From contig QXZR01000099.1 in the NCBI GenBank assembly GCA_009886265.1, positions 1-45,876 on the forward strand: a DNA stretch of 45,876 nt, written 5' to 3'. The stretch's first letter is position 1; every line of letters begins with the position of its first letter. Source of the DNA: Flavobacteriaceae bacterium (GTDB lineage Bacteria > Bacteroidota > Bacteroidia > Flavobacteriales > Flavobacteriaceae). Under the pieces are notes generated by a model. The model was not told where the DNA came from and did not search any database. It saw only the letters and a list, made by a program, of their open reading frames with translations. Shown here piece by piece: positions 20,781-30,407 of this stretch. The position numbers and the translations under genes are program-made.

Positions 20781-21666
20781 ACTTGTCAGGATAGGAACGC
20801 GTGGCAGTGCGCTTGCGCTCTGGCAGGCCCGACAAGTACAAAACATGCTCGGGACCGTTGGCCTTAAGAGCGAACTAGTGCCCATTTCTTCTAGTGGCGA
20901 CAAAGAGCTACAAAAACCCCTCTATGAGATGGGGGTCCAAGGGATTTTTACCAAAGAATTGGATGTCGCATTAGTAGAAGGTCAAGTTGATGTTGCTGTT
21001 CATAGCATGAAAGACGTGCCAACACAACTTCCAAAAGGCATTACAACTGCCTTTATCCCAAAACGTGGCCCTGTAGCTGATGTTTTTATTTCCAAAGACG
21101 ATGCGTGGGAAGACAACAAAAGTGTTGTGGCAACCAGTAGCCTGCGACGTGCTGCACAATGGATGCATAGATATCCGCATCACAGCATCATTGACATTAG
21201 AGGGAATGTACCCACACGACTTAAAAAATTAGAGACATTGGACTGCCAAGGCACCATTATGGCCATCGCTGGTTTAAAACGTCTCGAAATACTTCCTAAA
21301 CAACATACTGTTTTAGACTGGATGGTTCCAGCACCTGCCCAAGGCGCCTTGTTGGTTACCGCATTGGAATCTAATAAGAACTTAATGTCCAAGTTTTCAC
21401 CATTAAACGATGATGAGACAGCCCTTTGTGTAGCACAAGAACGAATATTCTTACGCGAACTAGAAGGCGGTTGTACAGCGCCCATTGGTGCATTGGCAAA
21501 AATGGAAGGAGACCAAATTCATTTCGTTGGAAATATCACTCAAAAAGGAGGAAAAAAGCAACTGGTGTTTGACCAGTATATGCCTCTTGAAAACGCCCAT
21601 GATATTGGGTCCTTCGCTGCTAAAGAGCTCTTATCCCGTGGCGCAAAAGCACTACTAAATGGATAA
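20773..21666 (+). CDS. hemC: Hydroxymethylbilane synthase (porphobilinogen deaminase)
   Basis: 297 aa. IGTRGSALALWQA, AVHSMKDVPT, RGNVPTRL and LEGGCTAPIGA (cofactor Cys) motifs. Confidence 0.95.
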   Translation: MNKLVRIGTRGSALALWQARQVQNMLGTVGLKSELVPISSSGDKELQKPLYEMGVQGIFTKELDVALVEGQVDVAVHSMKDVPTQLPKGITTAFIPKRGPVADVFISKDDAWEDNKSVVATSSLRRAAQWMHRYPHHSIIDIRGNVPTRLKKLETLDCQGTIMAIAGLKRLEILPKQHTVLDWMVPAPAQGALLVTALESNKNLMSKFSPLNDDETALCVAQERIFLRELEGGCTAPIGALAKMEGDQIHFVGNITQKGGKKQLVFDQYMPLENAHDIGSFAAKELLSRGAKALLNG

Positions 21667-22330
21667 GCCCTTAATCTTATCGACCAAAAAATTAGACGTA
21701 GCGTTGCGTGAGCGTATTGTCCATAACGGTCTTGCCTATATGGAATACGATGCCATTCATGTCAAACCCGTTTCTTTTGAACTTCCTGCACCTACAGATT
21801 ACGTCATCTTCAGCAGTAAAAACGCTGTAAAGACCGTATTAAAAAGCGCATACGCATTGGCAAATACGCAAGTGCTTTGTGTGGGAAAACAGTCCGAAGA
21901 GCTGCTTTTTAAAAAAGGGATAAAAACGATAAAAACAACCAAAAACATGGCAGAATTGGTCAGTTTTATTAAAAAAATAGCTGAAAATGCCTCTTTTTTA
22001 CATTTTTGTGGAAATCGAAGATTACCGCTTTTGGCAGAAAAAATGACTGCGTGTAAGGCCAATTTTAAAGAAATTGTGGTGTATGATACCGCACTTAATA
22101 TCAAAAAAATTAATGCTGCGCCAGACGCCATTCTTTTTTACAGCCCAAGTGGTGTAGAAAGTCACACAAACATGAATACAATTGGCAACAGCAGTTGTTT
22201 TTGTATTGGCGAAACCACTGCCAAAGCACTCCCTGAGCAACCAAAAGACTTGGTTGTTTTGGAAACCCCCAATATAAAAACGCTGGTGGCAAAGACCATT
22301 CAACACCTTAAAAAACACCAACATGCTTAA
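21659..22330 (+). CDS. hemD: Uroporphyrinogen-III synthase
   Basis: 223 aa. Position between hemC and hemE, two-lobed HemD-like pattern (FSSKNAV, FYSPSGV). Confidence 0.8.
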   Translation: MDKPLILSTKKLDVALRERIVHNGLAYMEYDAIHVKPVSFELPAPTDYVIFSSKNAVKTVLKSAYALANTQVLCVGKQSEELLFKKGIKTIKTTKNMAELVSFIKKIAENASFLHFCGNRRLPLLAEKMTACKANFKEIVVYDTALNIKKINAAPDAILFYSPSGVESHTNMNTIGNSSCFCIGETTAKALPEQPKDLVVLETPNIKTLVAKTIQHLKKHQHA

Positions 22331-23348
22331 GAATGATATTTTTTTAAGAGCACTAGAAGGCGAAGCACTAGACAGACCACCCGTTTGGATGATGCGACAA
22401 GCTGGGCGCTATCTGCCCGATTTTATGAAGCTAAAGGCCAAATATGATTTCTTTACACGTTGCCAAACGCCAGAACTGGCAGCAGAAATTACCGTAATGC
22501 CCATTGATCAAGTTGGGACTGACGCAGCCATATTGTTCTCTGATATTTTAGTCATTCCACAAGCGATGGATATTGCTGTTGAAATGAAAGACGGGGTTGG
22601 ACCTTGGCTGCCAAATCCAGTACGTACTGCAGAAGACCTAGCGAAAGTAGTCGTGCCTGATGTTGAAGATCGTTTGCACTACGTTATGGAAGCCATCAAG
22701 CAAACCAAAATATTATTGGACGACAGGGTTCCGCTAATTGGTTTTGCTGGATCGCCATGGACCATTTTGTGTTATGCCGTTCAAGGGCAAGGGTCTAAAA
22801 ACTTCGATCTTGCCAAAGGATTTTGCTTTTCGCAACCTGCCTTGGCGCATGAGTTGCTTCAAAAAATTACCGACACTACCATTGCTTACCTAAAAGCAAA
22901 AGTGCGCGCTGGTGTAGATGCCGTACAACTGTTCGATTCTTGGGGCGGCATGTTGGGTGAAGAAGATTATCAAACCTTTTCGTGGCAATACATGCAACAG
23001 ATTATTGATGCACTTAAAGACGAAACCAAAGTAATCGCTTTTGCCAAAGGATGTTGGTATGCGCTTCCAACCATGGCGCGCTCTGGCGTACACGCACTTG
23101 GTGTTGATTGGACGTGCTCGGCGCGAAATGCACGTTATTTGTCGGGTGGTCAAATCCCATTACAAGGAAATTTTGATCCCTCTCGATTGTTATCTCCCAT
23201 ACCAGAAATTGAAAGGCTTGCCCATAAAATGGTAAGCGAATTTGGTACACAAAACTACATTGCCAACCTCGGTCATGGCATACTACCCAACGTTCCTGTT
23301 GACCACGCCAAGGCATTTGTTAACGCCATAAAATCCTACAATTCCTAA
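22323..23348 (+). CDS. hemE: Uroporphyrinogen decarboxylase
   Basis: 341 aa with [15 protein letters not shown] and FDSWGG motifs. Confidence 0.95.
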   Translation: MLKNDIFLRALEGEALDRPPVWMMRQAGRYLPDFMKLKAKYDFFTRCQTPELAAEITVMPIDQVGTDAAILFSDILVIPQAMDIAVEMKDGVGPWLPNPVRTAEDLAKVVVPDVEDRLHYVMEAIKQTKILLDDRVPLIGFAGSPWTILCYAVQGQGSKNFDLAKGFCFSQPALAHELLQKITDTTIAYLKAKVRAGVDAVQLFDSWGGMLGEEDYQTFSWQYMQQIIDALKDETKVIAFAKGCWYALPTMARSGVHALGVDWTCSARNARYLSGGQIPLQGNFDPSRLLSPIPEIERLAHKMVSEFGTQNYIANLGHGILPNVPVDHAKAFVNAIKSYNS

Positions 23349-23359
23349 TTCTATACGTC

Positions 23360-24262
23360 ATGAAATCCCAATTCACTGCATATATAAAAACCCTACAAGA
23401 CAACATTACCGCTGGTCTTGAACAAGAAGACGGCAAGGCTCATTTTCAAGAAGACGCTTGGCAACGCCCCGGTGGCGGTGGCGGAAGAACACGTGTCATT
23501 GAAAATGGTGCTGTTTTTGAAAAAGGAGGCGTAAATATTTCTGAAGTATTTGGCAAACTGCCTGAGTCCATGCAAAAACAACTGGATGTTACGCACAGCG
23601 ATTTCTTTGCCTGTGGCATTAGTTTGGTCCTACACCCCAAAAACCCAATGGTACCAACGGTACACGCTAACTTTCGGTACTTTGAGCTATATGATAAAGA
23701 CAATAAGGTTGTCGATCAATGGTTTGGTGGTGGCTTAGACCTCACGCCCTATTATCTTTTTGAAGAAGACGCAACCCACTTTCACCAGCTTTGTAAAACA
23801 GTTTGTGACAAACACGATGCACACTTTTACACCAACTATAAGCAAAAATGCGATGCCTATTTTTGGAATCATCACCGTGATGAAGCAAGGGGTATAGGCG
23901 GCTTGTTTTTTGACTATTGCCGTCCTGACGACACGCACGCCCTAGAAGAATGGTGTGCTTTTGTAACAGACATGGGCAATGCTTTTTTGACCGCTTATTT
24001 GCCTATTGTCCAAAAGCGCAAAGCACTCCCATTTTCCAAAGCACAGCGTCAATGGCAAGAGTTAAGACGTGGACGGTATGTTGAATTTAATCTTGTCCAC
24101 GACAAAGGCACCTTATTTGGGCTCAAAACCAAAGGCCGCATAGAAAGCATCTTAATGAGTTTACCCCCAACGGTTCAATGGGCATATGACCACCAGCCAG
24201 AAAAAGATTCGGAAGAAGCAAAATTATTAACTGTTCTAAAAAAACCCATAGACTGGGTCTAA
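23360..24262 (+). CDS. hemF: Oxygen-dependent coproporphyrinogen-III oxidase
   Basis: 300 aa. WQRPGGGGGRTRV, GGVNIS, HANFRYFE and RRGRYVEFNL motifs. Confidence 0.95.
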   Translation: MKSQFTAYIKTLQDNITAGLEQEDGKAHFQEDAWQRPGGGGGRTRVIENGAVFEKGGVNISEVFGKLPESMQKQLDVTHSDFFACGISLVLHPKNPMVPTVHANFRYFELYDKDNKVVDQWFGGGLDLTPYYLFEEDATHFHQLCKTVCDKHDAHFYTNYKQKCDAYFWNHHRDEARGIGGLFFDYCRPDDTHALEEWCAFVTDMGNAFLTAYLPIVQKRKALPFSKAQRQWQELRRGRYVEFNLVHDKGTLFGLKTKGRIESILMSLPPTVQWAYDHQPEKDSEEAKLLTVLKKPIDWV

Positions 24263-24265
24263 GCT

Positions 24266-25240
24266 ATGATGTATCCTCTTTATAGAAATCGACGCCTGCG
24301 CGCTAGCGCTGCCATGCGTGACTTGGTGCGTGAAACAAGCCTTTCGGCAAATGATTTTATCGTACCCTTATTCATTGTGGAAGGTTCAAAAACCAAAACA
24401 GCAATTCCATCCATGCCAGACTATTTTAGGTTTAGTCTTGACCTTGCTACGGCAGAGGCAAAACGACTTTACGATTTGGGTGTAAAGGGAGTGCTTCTTT
24501 TTGTTAAAGTCGATGATGCCCAAAAAGACAATACGGGCGCAGCAGCTTTAAATCCTGATGGATTGATGCAACGCAGCATTCGTGCGATTAAAAAAGCTGT
24601 TCCAGAATTGCTTGTTGCTACCGATGTTGCCCTTGATCCCTATTCGAGCTTTGGACACGACGGAATTGTAAAAGAAGATAAAGTTTTGAACGATGCTACA
24701 GTAGCAATCTTATCAAAAATGGCACTTAGTCACGCCGAATGTGGTGCTGACATGCTTGCTCCCAGCGACATGATGGACGGGCGCATTTTGAGCATACGTC
24801 AAGCGCTTGAAAAAGCGGGCTATGTAAACACAGCAATAATGAGCTACAGTGCCAAATATGCCTCCGCCTTTTATGGTCCTTTCCGAGATGCTTTGGATTC
24901 AGCACCGGGTTTTGGCGACAAAAAAACCTACCAAATGGATGTGGCAAATCGCAAAGAAGCCATTACTGAAACAATACGTGATATTGAAGAAGGCGCAGAC
25001 ATTGTAATGGTAAAGCCCGGGATGGCATATTTGGATATTGTCCGTGACTTGGCCAATGAAGTACAGGTTCCCATTGCGGTTTATCAAGTGAGTGGTGAAT
25101 ATGCCATGCTAAAGGCCGCAGCAGCGAAAGGGTTGCTTGACCACGACAGTGTAATGATGGAGCAGCTTATTGCCTTTAAGCGCGCAGGAGCTTCCATTAT
25201 TGTTTCCTATCACGCAGAGCACGCCATTTCCTTATTATAA
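24266..25240 (+). CDS. hemB: Porphobilinogen synthase (ALA dehydratase), aspartate-rich metal-site type
   Basis: 324 aa. DVALDPYSSFGHDG, SYSAKYASAFYGPFR and VKPGMAYLD motifs. Confidence 0.95.
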   Translation: MMYPLYRNRRLRASAAMRDLVRETSLSANDFIVPLFIVEGSKTKTAIPSMPDYFRFSLDLATAEAKRLYDLGVKGVLLFVKVDDAQKDNTGAAALNPDGLMQRSIRAIKKAVPELLVATDVALDPYSSFGHDGIVKEDKVLNDATVAILSKMALSHAECGADMLAPSDMMDGRILSIRQALEKAGYVNTAIMSYSAKYASAFYGPFRDALDSAPGFGDKKTYQMDVANRKEAITETIRDIEEGADIVMVKPGMAYLDIVRDLANEVQVPIAVYQVSGEYAMLKAAAAKGLLDHDSVMMEQLIAFKRAGASIIVSYHAEHAISLL

Positions 25241-25281
25241 AAGCAGCCATGCAAATTTTTGTACTTTGCTAAAAAATATAC

Positions 25282-26454
25282 ATGAAAAAACGCGCCTCAT
25301 TTTTAAAAGCACTCTTTGTTATTTTGGCAATCCTAGTCGCCGGTCTCTATATTTCAGGCTATGGCTACTTGATTGAACTCGGAGCCAAAGTAGTTGAGCT
25401 TGGAAGAACCTCCGCTGGCTTGGAAGACTACGTTTATTTCGATTCTCGTGAGATTCCAAAAAGTGACGATCCGCAAGCATGGCCCTTGCATGCCGATTAC
25501 AATTCAGTTCCTGCTACCACCAAACTTCAAAAGCTTCACCAAGATCACAAAACAGTTGCGTTTCTCGTCATCAAAAATGACTCGATTTGGCACGAGCAGT
25601 ATTTTGAAGGCTTTGGAAAAGACAGTAAAACCAACTCTTTTTCTATGGTCAAAACAATCGTCTCTGCTAGTCTGGCCAAGGCCATTGAAGAGGGTGATGT
25701 TAAAAGTTTTGACCAGCCCGTAAAAGACTTTCTGCCTTGGTTGAAAGGCCCCTACGCTGACGAATTAACGGTAGGCAATTTGGCGACCATGTCGTCTGGT
25801 CTAAAGTGGAAAGAAGATTATGAAAATTTACTTACCATCACACCACGCACCTACATCTCGCGAGACATTGTTGACGTAATGAAAACACTTCCTATTGAAG
25901 CCCCTCCAGGGGAACATTTTGTGTATCAAAGCGGAAGTACACAGTTGTTGTCTTTAGTACTGACAGCAGCTACAGGTGAAACCATTTCAGATTTGGTGAG
26001 ACGTTATTTTTGGAAGCCCCTTGGGGCACATGCCGATGCCAAATGGCGTCTTGACTCTGCCGAAAATGGGATTGAAAAATCATATTGTTGCTTTAATTCC
26101 AATGCGCGTGACTTTTCGCGCTTTGCAGCACTGTTTAAAAACGACGGTGTTTGGAATGGTAAGCAATTGATAAGTGCTGACTATGTTCAAGAATCTATAA
26201 CCCCACAGTTTGAAGACGGCCAAGACTATGGCTACGGTTGGTGGTTGGGCTCACATATGGGAAAACGTTTTTACAGCATGCGTGGCCATAATGGTCAGTA
26301 TGCAATTGTATTCCCAGAGGATGATGTAATTGTGGTCCGTTTGGGTCGGGCGCAATTGCCCGACTTACCGGGTGTCAGACACTCCGCCGATTATTTGGGC
26401 TATATGGAAGAAGCCTTTGCAATGTTAAACGATGAAACTACCACAAGCCCTTGA
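25282..26454 (+). CDS. Serine hydrolase of the beta-lactamase/PBP4* family
   Basis: 390 aa with an N-terminal membrane anchor or signal. S-x-x-K (FSMVKT) followed by YQSGSTQLL, typical of class C-like esterases. Confidence 0.75.
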   Translation: MKKRASFLKALFVILAILVAGLYISGYGYLIELGAKVVELGRTSAGLEDYVYFDSREIPKSDDPQAWPLHADYNSVPATTKLQKLHQDHKTVAFLVIKNDSIWHEQYFEGFGKDSKTNSFSMVKTIVSASLAKAIEEGDVKSFDQPVKDFLPWLKGPYADELTVGNLATMSSGLKWKEDYENLLTITPRTYISRDIVDVMKTLPIEAPPGEHFVYQSGSTQLLSLVLTAATGETISDLVRRYFWKPLGAHADAKWRLDSAENGIEKSYCCFNSNARDFSRFAALFKNDGVWNGKQLISADYVQESITPQFEDGQDYGYGWWLGSHMGKRFYSMRGHNGQYAIVFPEDDVIVVRLGRAQLPDLPGVRHSADYLGYMEEAFAMLNDETTTSP

Positions 26455-27151
26455 GAACATACTGTTTCTAGATATAGAAACTGTCCCTGAAGCAACCGAT
26501 TTTGGCCAGCTAAATAAGGAAGCGCAAAATTTATATGCGGCCAAAACTGCCTATAAGCGAAAAGCAGACGACTTAAGCGCTGAAGACTACTACGACCATG
26601 CGGGTATTTGGGCTGAGTTTGGAAAAATCGTTTGTATTTCAGTTGGCTATGTTACCTCCACAACTGACGGTCGTCAATTTAGAGTACGTAGTTTTTCTGG
26701 TGACGAAAAAGAATTGCTTATTGAATTTAAAGCCTTACTTGATAGCCATTTTTCAGCTGCCCAACATAAGCTTTGTGCCCACAATGGAAAAGAATTTGAT
26801 TTTCCTTTTATGGCCAGGCGTATGCTAAAGCATCAATTGGAATTACCACATGTATTGCAATTGATGGGCAAAAAACCTTGGGAAGTGCCCCATCTTGACA
26901 CCCTAGAATTGTGGAAATTTGGCGACTTTAAGCATTATACCTCGTTAAAATTATTGGCGCACTTTTTTGGAATCCCTTCTCCAAAAGACGATATGGACGG
27001 GTCTGATGTGGCGCGTGTATATTATGAAGAAAAGGATTTGGCGCGTATTGTCCGCTATTGCGAAAAGGACGTAATTACGCTAACGCAAGTGTATCTTAAA
27101 CTGACGCTACAGCCGCCTTTAAGGGAAGATGAAATCGTTTCTGTTTCATAA
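26432..27151 (+). CDS. Stand-alone 3'-5' exonuclease related to the PolB exonuclease domain
   Basis: 239 aa. ExoI FLDIETVP, ExoII HNGKEFDFPFM, ExoIII YCEKDV. ATG 26432 overlaps the upstream gene by 23 nt. Confidence 0.75.
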   Translation: MKLPQALENILFLDIETVPEATDFGQLNKEAQNLYAAKTAYKRKADDLSAEDYYDHAGIWAEFGKIVCISVGYVTSTTDGRQFRVRSFSGDEKELLIEFKALLDSHFSAAQHKLCAHNGKEFDFPFMARRMLKHQLELPHVLQLMGKKPWEVPHLDTLELWKFGDFKHYTSLKLLAHFFGIPSPKDDMDGSDVARVYYEEKDLARIVRYCEKDVITLTQVYLKLTLQPPLREDEIVSVS

Positions 27152-27199
27152 ATGTGTCAACCGCTTTGAATTCAGTATTTTTGTGCTAACACTATTATT

Positions 27200-27631
27200 A
27201 TGGATATCATTATTTCGTTACATTCTAAGCTGGCCTATGTGGTCTTAATCTTCTTGGTCCTAGCTACTTTAAACGCTTTTTGGGGCTTGATTGGCAAACG
27301 CAGCTTTGGCAGCAAAGACTTACGTCTTTCGCTATTTGCACTTATTTTTTCTCATATTCAACTGCTAATAGGCATTGCCACTTATTTTGTGTCGCCTTAT
27401 TTCTCAGCTTGGGAAAATGGTATGGGGGCCGTGATGAAAGACAGCACCTTACGCCTGTATTTGGTAGAACACCCAACCACAAATATCTTGGCCATTGTAC
27501 TCATAACCATGGGTTGGTCGTTACACAAAAAAGCGGCAGGAGACAGAAAAAAATATTTTAGAATTGCCGTTTTCTACGGTATTGGATTATTGCTGTTATT
27601 AAGTAGGATTCCTTGGCAAAACTGGCCATAA
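27200..27631 (+). CDS. Four-TM membrane protein, hypothetical
   Basis: 143-aa hydrophobic ORF followed by a hairpin terminator. No family recognised. Confidence 0.5.
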   Translation: MDIIISLHSKLAYVVLIFLVLATLNAFWGLIGKRSFGSKDLRLSLFALIFSHIQLLIGIATYFVSPYFSAWENGMGAVMKDSTLRLYLVEHPTTNILAIVLITMGWSLHKKAAGDRKKYFRIAVFYGIGLLLLLSRIPWQNWP

Positions 27632-27636
27632 AAGAA

Positions 27637-27661
27637 GAAAGCACCCTAGTGAGGTGCTTTC
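27637..27661 (+). terminator. Hairpin terminator
   Basis: gaaagcacc-ctagtga-ggtgctttc: perfect 9-bp stem. The downstream T-run is weak. Confidence 0.55.
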
Positions 27662-27805
27662 TAATAACCAACCATATTAAACTATGAAAAACTAATAAGC
27701 AATATTTTTCTTGCTTTACGTTTACACCTGCAAGTTAAATCAAGTTATTCCTCGTAGTTGTGAATTATTTGTTAAAGTATTTTTAGGAACATAAAAGCTT
27801 AATTA

Positions 27806-28801
27806 ATGCCAGATTTTTCAAAAGTTGCTGTGATCGGAGGGGGTAGTTGGGCAACCGCACTTGTCAAAATTCTCTGTGAAAATAACACAACCGTTGGTTG
27901 GTATGTCCGCAACGAAGTCATATACAATCACTTACTGCAAGAAGGGCACAACCCAAGTTATTTGAGTAGCGTAGCGTTCGATATGTCAACATTGGATTTA
28001 CATACCGACATAAATAAAATCACACAACAATACGATGTGTTGATTATTGCAACGCCCTCTTTTTATTTAGATAATGTGTTGGCGCCTTTGACCGTCTCGC
28101 TTGAAAACAAAGTGATTTTTTCGGCAGTTAAAGGAATTGTTCCTGAAAAAAAAGTATTGGTTGGGGCGTATTTAGCGGAAAAGTTTAATGTTGATGAAGC
28201 GCTTTTTGGGGTGATTGCAGGACCGTGTCATGCAGAAGAAGTAGCTTTGGAGCGCCTATCCTATCTAACCGTAGCAAGCAGCAATATGGCCTTGGCCGAG
28301 CAAATGAAAGAAAAGTTGGCGTGCAACTATATTCAAGTTTCTTTATCTGACGATGTTATTGGGGCTGAATATGCCGCCACACTCAAAAATGTATATGCCA
28401 TTGCCGTAGGCATAGCGCATGGCCTAGGTTATGGCGATAATTTCATCAGTGTGTTAATTAGCAGCGCTATGCGTGAAATGAAGCGCTTTATAAAACGGGT
28501 TGACAAGAAAAAAAGAAACATCAATAATTCAGCTTACTTGGGCGATTTGCTCGTTACTGCCTATTCTGTTTTTAGCCGAAATCGTATGTTGGGAAATATG
28601 GTAGGTAAAGGCTATACCGTCAAGGCCGCACTTATGGAAATGACCATGATTGCAGAAGGCTATTACGGCGCCAAAACAACCTATGAACTGAGCACCTCTT
28701 TTAATGGAGAATACCCAATTCTACAATTTGTTTATCAAGTGCTTTATGAAAAAGGAAGTGCCAAGAAAAAAATGAAAGCATTAAGCAGGGTGCTTGACTA
28801 G
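27806..28801 (+). CDS. gpsA: NAD(P)H-dependent glycerol-3-phosphate dehydrogenase
   Basis: 331 aa. VAVIGGGSWATAL Rossmann motif, GPCHAEEV and LKNVYAI motifs. Confidence 0.9.
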   Translation: MPDFSKVAVIGGGSWATALVKILCENNTTVGWYVRNEVIYNHLLQEGHNPSYLSSVAFDMSTLDLHTDINKITQQYDVLIIATPSFYLDNVLAPLTVSLENKVIFSAVKGIVPEKKVLVGAYLAEKFNVDEALFGVIAGPCHAEEVALERLSYLTVASSNMALAEQMKEKLACNYIQVSLSDDVIGAEYAATLKNVYAIAVGIAHGLGYGDNFISVLISSAMREMKRFIKRVDKKKRNINNSAYLGDLLVTAYSVFSRNRMLGNMVGKGYTVKAALMEMTMIAEGYYGAKTTYELSTSFNGEYPILQFVYQVLYEKGSAKKKMKALSRVLD

Positions 28802-29814
28802 CTCAAGGGGGTGAATTGCTTAAGAAAGCGCACATCGTTGTCATAAAACATTCTGATGTCTTCAATTTGATATAAAAGCATCGCCATACGCTCCAATCCC
28901 ATTCCAAAGGCAAAGCCAGAATATTCCTCTGCATCAATGCCGCAATTGGTCAAAACGTTAGGGTCTACCATTCCACATCCCATAATTTCAAGCCATCCAG
29001 TTCCTTTAGTAATGCGATAATCCGCTTCGGTTTCTAAGCCCCAATAAATATCGACTTCCGCACTGGGCTCTGTAAAGGGAAAATAGGAAGGTCTCAGGCG
29101 TATTTCTGCTGTTCCAAAAATGGCTTTGGTGAAATACATCAATGTTTGTTTAAGATCCGCAAAGGAAACATCTTTATCGATATAAAGTCCTTCTATCTGG
29201 TGAAACACGCAGTGTGAGCGTGCAGAAATGGCTTCATTTCTAAACACCCGCCCTGGAGATAAAATCCGTATTGGCGGTTGGTTGGACTCCATATGTCGTA
29301 CTTGCACAGAGGAAGTGTGTGTGCGCAACATAACATCGGGGTCTGTTTGCACAAAAAAGGTGTCTTGCATATCTCGAGCAGGGTGATGCTCTGGCAAGTT
29401 TAAAGCAGTAAAATTGTGCCAGTCGTCTTCTACTTCGGGGCCTGAAGAAAGACCATATCCAATACGACTAAAAACGTCAATTACACGTTCTCTTACAATG
29501 CTGATGGGGTGACGTGCACCAAGCGGAATCGGTTGACCCGGGCGGCTGATGTCGTCCACGGTGCTTTTGGATTGCGAACCGCTTAATTCGGTTTGCAAGG
29601 CCTTAACTTTAGCTAAGGCTTCAGTCTTAAGTTGGTTTAGCAATTGCCCGTACTCCTTCTTTTCTTCATTTGGAACATTGCGGAAATCAGCAAATAGTTT
29701 GGTGATGTGTCCTTTCTTGCCCAAATAGCCAATGCGAAATTGTTCAACCTCATCTGCGGTAGTAGCAGCGAAAGCAGCGACGTCTTTTAAATGCGCCTTG
29801 ATGTTATCTATCAT
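28798..29814 (-). CDS. pheS: Phenylalanine--tRNA ligase alpha subunit
   Basis: Class II aaRS motifs (HPARDMQDTFF, FRNEAISARSHCVFHQIEG, GFAFGMGLERMAML). ATG 29814 (MIDNIKAH...) is preferred over the track start at 29841. Confidence 0.95.
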   Translation of the reverse strand: MIDNIKAHLKDVAAFAATTADEVEQFRIGYLGKKGHITKLFADFRNVPNEEKKEYGQLLNQLKTEALAKVKALQTELSGSQSKSTVDDISRPGQPIPLGARHPISIVRERVIDVFSRIGYGLSSGPEVEDDWHNFTALNLPEHHPARDMQDTFFVQTDPDVMLRTHTSSVQVRHMESNQPPIRILSPGRVFRNEAISARSHCVFHQIEGLYIDKDVSFADLKQTLMYFTKAIFGTAEIRLRPSYFPFTEPSAEVDIYWGLETEADYRITKGTGWLEIMGCGMVDPNVLTNCGIDAEEYSGFAFGMGLERMAMLLYQIEDIRMFYDNDVRFLKQFTPLS

Positions 29815-29882
29815 GTGCACAAAAATACACATTAAGCGCATAGTACCACCAAACCGAAGAAATCTATACGTACATTTGTGTT

Positions 29883-30407
29883 ATGCCGCTTAACTACATA
29901 GACCTTGCTGTTGTTTGTTTACTTGTATATGGCCTTGCCAGAGGCGCCTATAGAGGCTTCTTTGTAGAAGTTTCCTCTCTGTTGGCACTTGTCTTAGGGG
30001 TGTTTGGTGCGTTGCACTTTTCTAGCTTTACTGCATCATTATTGGCCAACTATATTGAGTGGGATTACCTGCCGCTATTGGCCTTTGCGCTGACTTTTAT
30101 TGGCATCATGATTGGTGTGGCTTGGATAGGAAAGCTACTGACGAAGTTAGCAAAAGTGGTGCTGCTGGGGTTTTTAAACCGATTACTAGGTGCCCTTTTT
30201 GGTGCATGCAAATGGCTGGTCATTTGTGGGGTACTCGTTTGGATTTTAGGGCAAATAGATGTCTTTTTTAGCTTTTTACCCGAAACCCTAAAAGATAACT
30301 CTTTGGTCTTCCAGCCCTTGGAAGAATTGGGTGCTTATTTGTTTGAAAAAATCAATACAGAAGAAATCCCCATAGACAATATCCCCCCTATTCTTCAGCA
30401 AAACTGA
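29883..30407 (+). CDS. cvpA: CvpA-family membrane protein
   Basis: 174 aa, four TM helices. The N-terminal IDLAVVCLLVYGLARGAYRGF resembles the colicin V production protein family. Confidence 0.7.
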   Translation: MPLNYIDLAVVCLLVYGLARGAYRGFFVEVSSLLALVLGVFGALHFSSFTASLLANYIEWDYLPLLAFALTFIGIMIGVAWIGKLLTKLAKVVLLGFLNRLLGALFGACKWLVICGVLVWILGQIDVFFSFLPETLKDNSLVFQPLEELGAYLFEKINTEEIPIDNIPPILQQN

